NCBI RefSeq assembly: GCF_009834535.1
Contig: NC_045697.1
Location: forward strand, 87,360,001-87,424,000
DNA: 64,000 bases
Direction of reading: 5' to 3'
Origin: Camelus ferus
Lineage: Eukaryota
Positions 59,080 to 64,000 of this stretch are shown piece after piece. A program made the position numbers and the translations under genes. The notes beneath the pieces are model-generated. The model was not told the DNA's origin. It worked only from the letters and a program-made list of their open reading frames with translations, and searched no databases. Position 1 is the stretch's first letter. Every line of letters begins with the position of its first letter.

Positions 59080-59515
59080 AACCCAAGGTGAAAGTGGAGG
59101 GTCACTTCCTTTGTTCAAGCCCTGATTGGACCGCTGACCACATAAAACTCTCTAAACCTCAGTTTCTCCTTTGCCAAGGGGTTTTACTCCCTCACTTTTG
59201 TGGCTAACATGAGATGAAATACACGAAAAGGCCACGAGGTACTAAGCAATATAAATAGAAGTTAATTATACTGTAATGATCCTGCTGGGGATGTGTGGTT
59301 GCTACAGTTGCCACGAGAACATGAGTCCATGGTTGTAGTGAAGTGTTTATCTGTTCGTCTGTTTATTGTCGTTCTCCCCCACTAGATTGTAAACTCTGTT
59401 GGAGGAAGGGCCACGTGTGCTTTATTAACCACTGTAATCCTCTTACATAGTACAGATTCTGGCTCTGGAAGGCGCTCGACAAATATTTATTTGTGGGGTG
59501 GATGGATGGATGAGG
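59080..59515 (+). mobile_element. MIR fragment followed by an L2 3' end
   Basis: CTCTCTAAACCTCAGTTTCTCCTT (MIR); CCCCACTAGATTGTAAACTC..GGCGCTCGACAAATATTTATT..GATGGATGGATG (L2). Confidence 0.7.
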
Positions 59516-62500
59516 ATTAATAATAGCCCCAAGAAAATTCACTTTGTGAAGTCCAAAAGGATATCAGAAAATCCATGCACTAAAGCTAATGAACATTAAT
59601 ATTTGTAGGATTTCTCAAACCTTCATTCCAACTTGAAGTTTATTTTAGAGACAGTTTTAACAAGCCTGGCTTTTTAGTTCCCAGTTATGTGAAACTGGAG
59701 GCTGACAATTAGGAGTTGCTAGGGAGGAATCCAAGGGGACACTGTTACCAGCAAGAAATGACAGTCAACAACTTGAGTGAGTTAAGAAATGGAAAAACTG
59801 CTATAGGAACTCTAAAAATGGGGCAGTCTGGGACCACTTGGTCTATATCAAACGGAATGTTGTGCTCATAAAAGCTTTGTGAGCTGTGCAGCATCACACA
59901 GATGCATGGTGTTACCTAAGGGAGAACAGCCTCCCTGCTCCATTGTATAGTGATGGAAGCTCATATTCCTGAGCCATCAAAAACTTAAATTAGGTTTATT
60001 TTCCTAAACAAGGGTCAGGAGTATGTAGGTCACTTTAGATTTAGGCAGATTTCTCTCAAAAATGGTCAAAGTAAATAAAATTGAAATGCCTTATTTCTGA
60101 TAATGCTATATAAATGAGGTATTATTTTATTCACTAAACCAATGTTATTTTCTAGATATATCCAAATCAACCACATTCTAAAAGTTAGGAAGTTATATTT
60201 TCTGTCTATTAAAACATCCTGAAGGCCAGCAGATGTAGACACTGAAAAAATTAGAACTAATATATGAAAAGAATCAGTCATTTTGCTACGTCAAGCTAGC
60301 CAGCAGCTTAACTGGTCTAAGTTAGTGAGGCTTCATTTTTGCCACACATTATATTTTTTTGGTGTCTGGGTTATGCCTTAATAGTAACTTAGGCATTTAG
60401 GATGTTGAATATACTTTGGTGGTGCTAGGTAGCTAGATTTATATGGTCATAGGGAGGATGGAGTTCCTTTAGTCTAATACTCAATGCGTGGCAAATTTTG
60501 AGAGCTTAAGGTCAACGTTCAATTTCACTGATTTCAAAAAAGTATTTATTGATCATGCACTACAAGCCAGGTGGCACAGGAGACAGGTGTTGAGGGGTAC
60601 AGTATTCCTTCTCTCAGACTTTGATACTCTCACATGGAGAAAAACCATCTCTGAATCCATGAACTTTAAACTCTAATGGTATTTAGAAGAAAATGACACA
60701 TATTACCATTAGTAAGAGTGAACAAAGAATAATTTTAAATGATTCAAAATCCTTAGCCTAACATAAACGAGTCTGAACTACAAAATATGTCACATTATTG
60801 TACATGTTAGAGAAGTAACACTGATCCTTAAGAAAATATTTCAATTTTATTTGTTGGTATTTTTTTCTGATTACTTTGGATTATAGTGACTTTTTAAAAT
60901 AGGAAGTTTATAATTACTAAATTCTCTTAAATTAAAAAAAAACTTATTAAGGAATCCATGTATAGTTAGGTATAAAAAATGCAGATGAAAGTAATTGCAG
61001 AAATGACATTTTTGTCAAACAAGTTTTAATATACTTTTTTTTTAAAATTTAAAAAACATTTTTCTCTGTTTTGAATCTTTAAAGTAGGTCAATTCCAAGG
61101 GAAACTTTTGAAAGTCTTTAAAAGAAAGCAGTTCTAAATCTCATAAGTTAGGTTTTTAATGTCCTGGGTTGCTCAAAAACATTAAATCAGCCAAGAGCAA
61201 AAGAAAACCATTCAGAATGGATAATGGTATCTGATAAAATGATAATTTCCTAAACTGAAAAAAAGTTTTGCTACATCAGATAATAGGCGATACCTACTGC
61301 TCACTGTCAGAGAGAGGAGCCCACACATGTGCCGTTCCGGGAGAGCTGCCAGCGCTGCAGTCACCACTGGGAGCAAGAAAAGGGCATGATTAAAAGATTC
61401 GCTTGTAGTGTTGCTCACCAGGAGTAATTTGTATATCCGGTAAGCAGACGTCAACAAACCCAACTCCCTCATTGATATTTTTGCCCTCTTCCATTCTCTC
61501 TGATCCCCTTAACCCCAAAGGTGTGCCGGCTGTGGCAGCTAGTTTTTCAGTCTCTGTGGGCATATTTGGATGTCTGATTTAAGCACACACACTCTGAGCT
61601 CTTCCGCTCCAGCCCACCACCTCAGCTACAACAAACAAAAGCCTCCTCCAAGCCTCAATCGCAATCTTCAGTTGTTTCTACCTAAAAGGTATAACATGCT
61701 TTGGGTGAGATGAAGTGTTTTTCAGTCACAAAGTAGGTGGGATGGAAAAGATGACCACAATGAACAGGCCAGGTGGACTGATAGTGGCAAACACTGCCCG
61801 CCCAGAGGTGAGCAGAAGGGAGGAATATTTTATGAATACGTTCAGAGGAAAGACCCACAACAAGGGAAATGGCTTTGTTAAGTAACGAGAATGAAGAAAT
61901 TGTGGTGACGTTAGGATGGCAAAAGTACAGAATGACTTTTTAAAAAAAAGACATCTGAAGGGAGATGAAAGAAAAACTGACTTAGTGAAGAACAGAGGGG
62001 AAAAGTTAAACAAACGCAGGCTGACGGAGGAGCCCGGTTTGCACACGGCTCTGAGGGGGAAGAGTGAGCTAATGAGCATTCATTGTTACATGTAAACTGC
62101 CGGGTGACGCACCAGGGCACTGCTGTTAGTCACAAAAGAGAAATTATGGTACATCTTTCAGGCTCGGAAGGTCCTGCTGGAGCCCATGGTCTGTGCCAGG
62201 CTCCCTTGTGAGAGGCAGTCGGCAAACCTATTTATAGAGTCATTTTTTTGCTGTGAGAAATTGGCCCTGTGGTACGAGGACTTCCCCCTCCTCCTGGGCA
62301 CCCTGGAGATAGACAAGGCAGTGTTGCACGGCTGTGCAGCACCCTTGTGTTCCTCTTTCCAGTCATGTTTTCTGACACAAGAGGTACTGGGGACACTTCT
62401 GAGTCCATCTAAAATCTGCATCTCTAGGGGATAAGGAAGTCTAACTCTAATGAAGGCAGGTTCAGTAGCTCAGTTTTATTTCTGAGCAAAATAATGCAAC

Positions 62501-63559
62501 CATTCTGAGGAGGAGTTTTGTACACTTTAACTTCCTTTTTAACGTCAAGAAGCCCAAAGTCCTTTCCAGAGCACCACAGCCCATCACTTGAAACCACTGT
62601 ACCTCTATAATACACATAAATTAAAGATTAGTAACAAAGATGGAAAGCACGGGCTTAGGACTGGACAAACGCAGGCTCAAGGCCAGCACTTGCAGGGGAC
62701 GGTACCTACTTCCAGTGCTGCCCTTAGACCTGGGCACCCTGGCCCTATCCTGGCACACTGGCCCGCCCCACCTCAGAGGGCCTTGCTCTGTCCTTTCTCT
62801 GACCCCCTCTTCCCATGTGGCTGGGAGCCTGTGGTCCAAGGCGACATGGCCACTCTCCCATTGCCTGTGCCTCTCCATAATCTGGGTACCTGGGACCCAA
62901 ACAGCGGGGCCCGCCTTCAGGCAGGTATGGGACTCTTTCTCAGGTCTGTCTTCAGAGGGTAGACAGTGGTATGGTAGTGCTGCCGTCAAGGGAAGCGGTC
63001 ACGCGAGGTCCCGGTACCTCTGTTTAAAAAAAAGGAAAGGGTCAGAAGAGGGGGTTGAAATAGATGGAACTGGGATGTGGGGGTTTGCAGGGTCCACACG
63101 CACGTGTAAGATGCCTAAGGTAGACCTTGTCCCCTGCAAGTGCCAGAGAGTTGGGCGCGGGAAAGAGCCCTCCGTCTGTACTCTGGACCACACCTGCAGG
63201 TGCTGGAAGTGGCTTGTCCATCTAGTGAAATTACTGTGATGTTTAAATGAACTAATGTATGTAAAGTGCTCTGCACAGAGATTGGTAGACCATGGACATT
63301 CAATATGTTTGGTTCAGGGATAGTTTCTGTTCTAAATTAAACTTGACTTAGCCTCCTCTAAATTCCCATGAAAAACATGTAACCAGAGGCTCAAAGTAAA
63401 ATGAAACCTGTATAGCAGCATTGAAAGATAAGACTATTAGCCATCTTATTATCAGAATCTGGGGGGAATGTATAAATAATAGGAAACTGAAGCAGAACAG
63501 AGAATCAAAATGTGTGTTTTGGGTCACTGATAAAAAGCACAGTCTGCCCTACATAAAAA

Positions 63560-64000
63560 AAAATCATAAACCTGAATAAACTAAATTACATAGGTATTAT
63601 GATAGGAATCCAAATCAGTATATTAAGTAAAAAATACTAGAAATAGATAAAGCAATGGACACAAATATAGCTATAGTAGAAGTAATACACAATTTTTTTT
63701 AGCCTTTGAGAAATCAGGTAGGTAATTTATAGACAAAAAATTTGAATAGAAAAGTTAAATTTACATCAAATTATTGAAGCTTGTATAATTCAAACAAAGA
63801 ACAGTCTTTTTAAACATATGTGAAACATTTTCAGAAATTGATTATATAGTGTCATAAAGAATATTTCAATAAGTTCCTCCCAAGTAGAAAGCAAATGGGC
63901 CATAGTGTTGATCTTAATGCCATAAAACTAAAAACTAATAACAAAAGGTTAAACAAACTGATTAATTGTCCTGGAAATTAAATACCATATTTTCATGAAA
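63560..64000 (+). mobile_element. Old L1 ORF2 (endonuclease region) remnant
   Basis: A-rich; AACATTTTCAGAAATTGATTATATAGTGTCATAAAG..TCAATAAGTT..AATGCCATAAAACTAAAAACTAATAACAAAAG. Confidence 0.65.

Noticed and set aside
62588..63239. 199-aa and overlapping ORFs in a GC-richer patch
   Set aside because: Several frames are open on both strands because of local GC content; no domain or splice structure recognised.

Overview
Mammalian genomic DNA, not microbial. Two tRNA-Ala-derived Vic-1-type SINEs point to a camelid (camel, alpaca or llama); this is inferred from recalled repeat consensus. The only recognisable protein-coding gene is SPRY1 (Sprouty RTK signalling antagonist 1) on the + strand. 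Its 319-aa CDS is intronless (25949-26908) and lies in the terminal exon (25894 to about 28120). Upstream are non-coding exons (about 21340-21526 and 22230-22460), a candidate alternative first exon ending at 23104, and a CpG island (about 21900-24160). The 3'UTR carries seed matches for miR-21, miR-27, miR-29, miR-124 and miR-132/212, plus AU-rich elements. The flanks are gene-poor, with old L1, L2, MIR, LTR and DNA-transposon fragments, microsatellites and several CpG-retaining candidate enhancers. I found no evidence of a wholly new multi-gene system. The best leads are: (i) isoform-specific uORFs, an overlapping ORF and a possible non-AUG N-terminal extension in the SPRY1 leaders; (ii) a TATA + GC-box promoter-like module at about 55.0-55.5 kb with a strong downstream exon, a candidate lncRNA; (iii) a template-switch inversion plus duplication scar at 10.5 kb; (iv) a tiny L1 insertion with a perfect 16-bp TSD and a possible mini 3' transduction. 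Repeat family names and boundaries were recognised by eye and are approximate.
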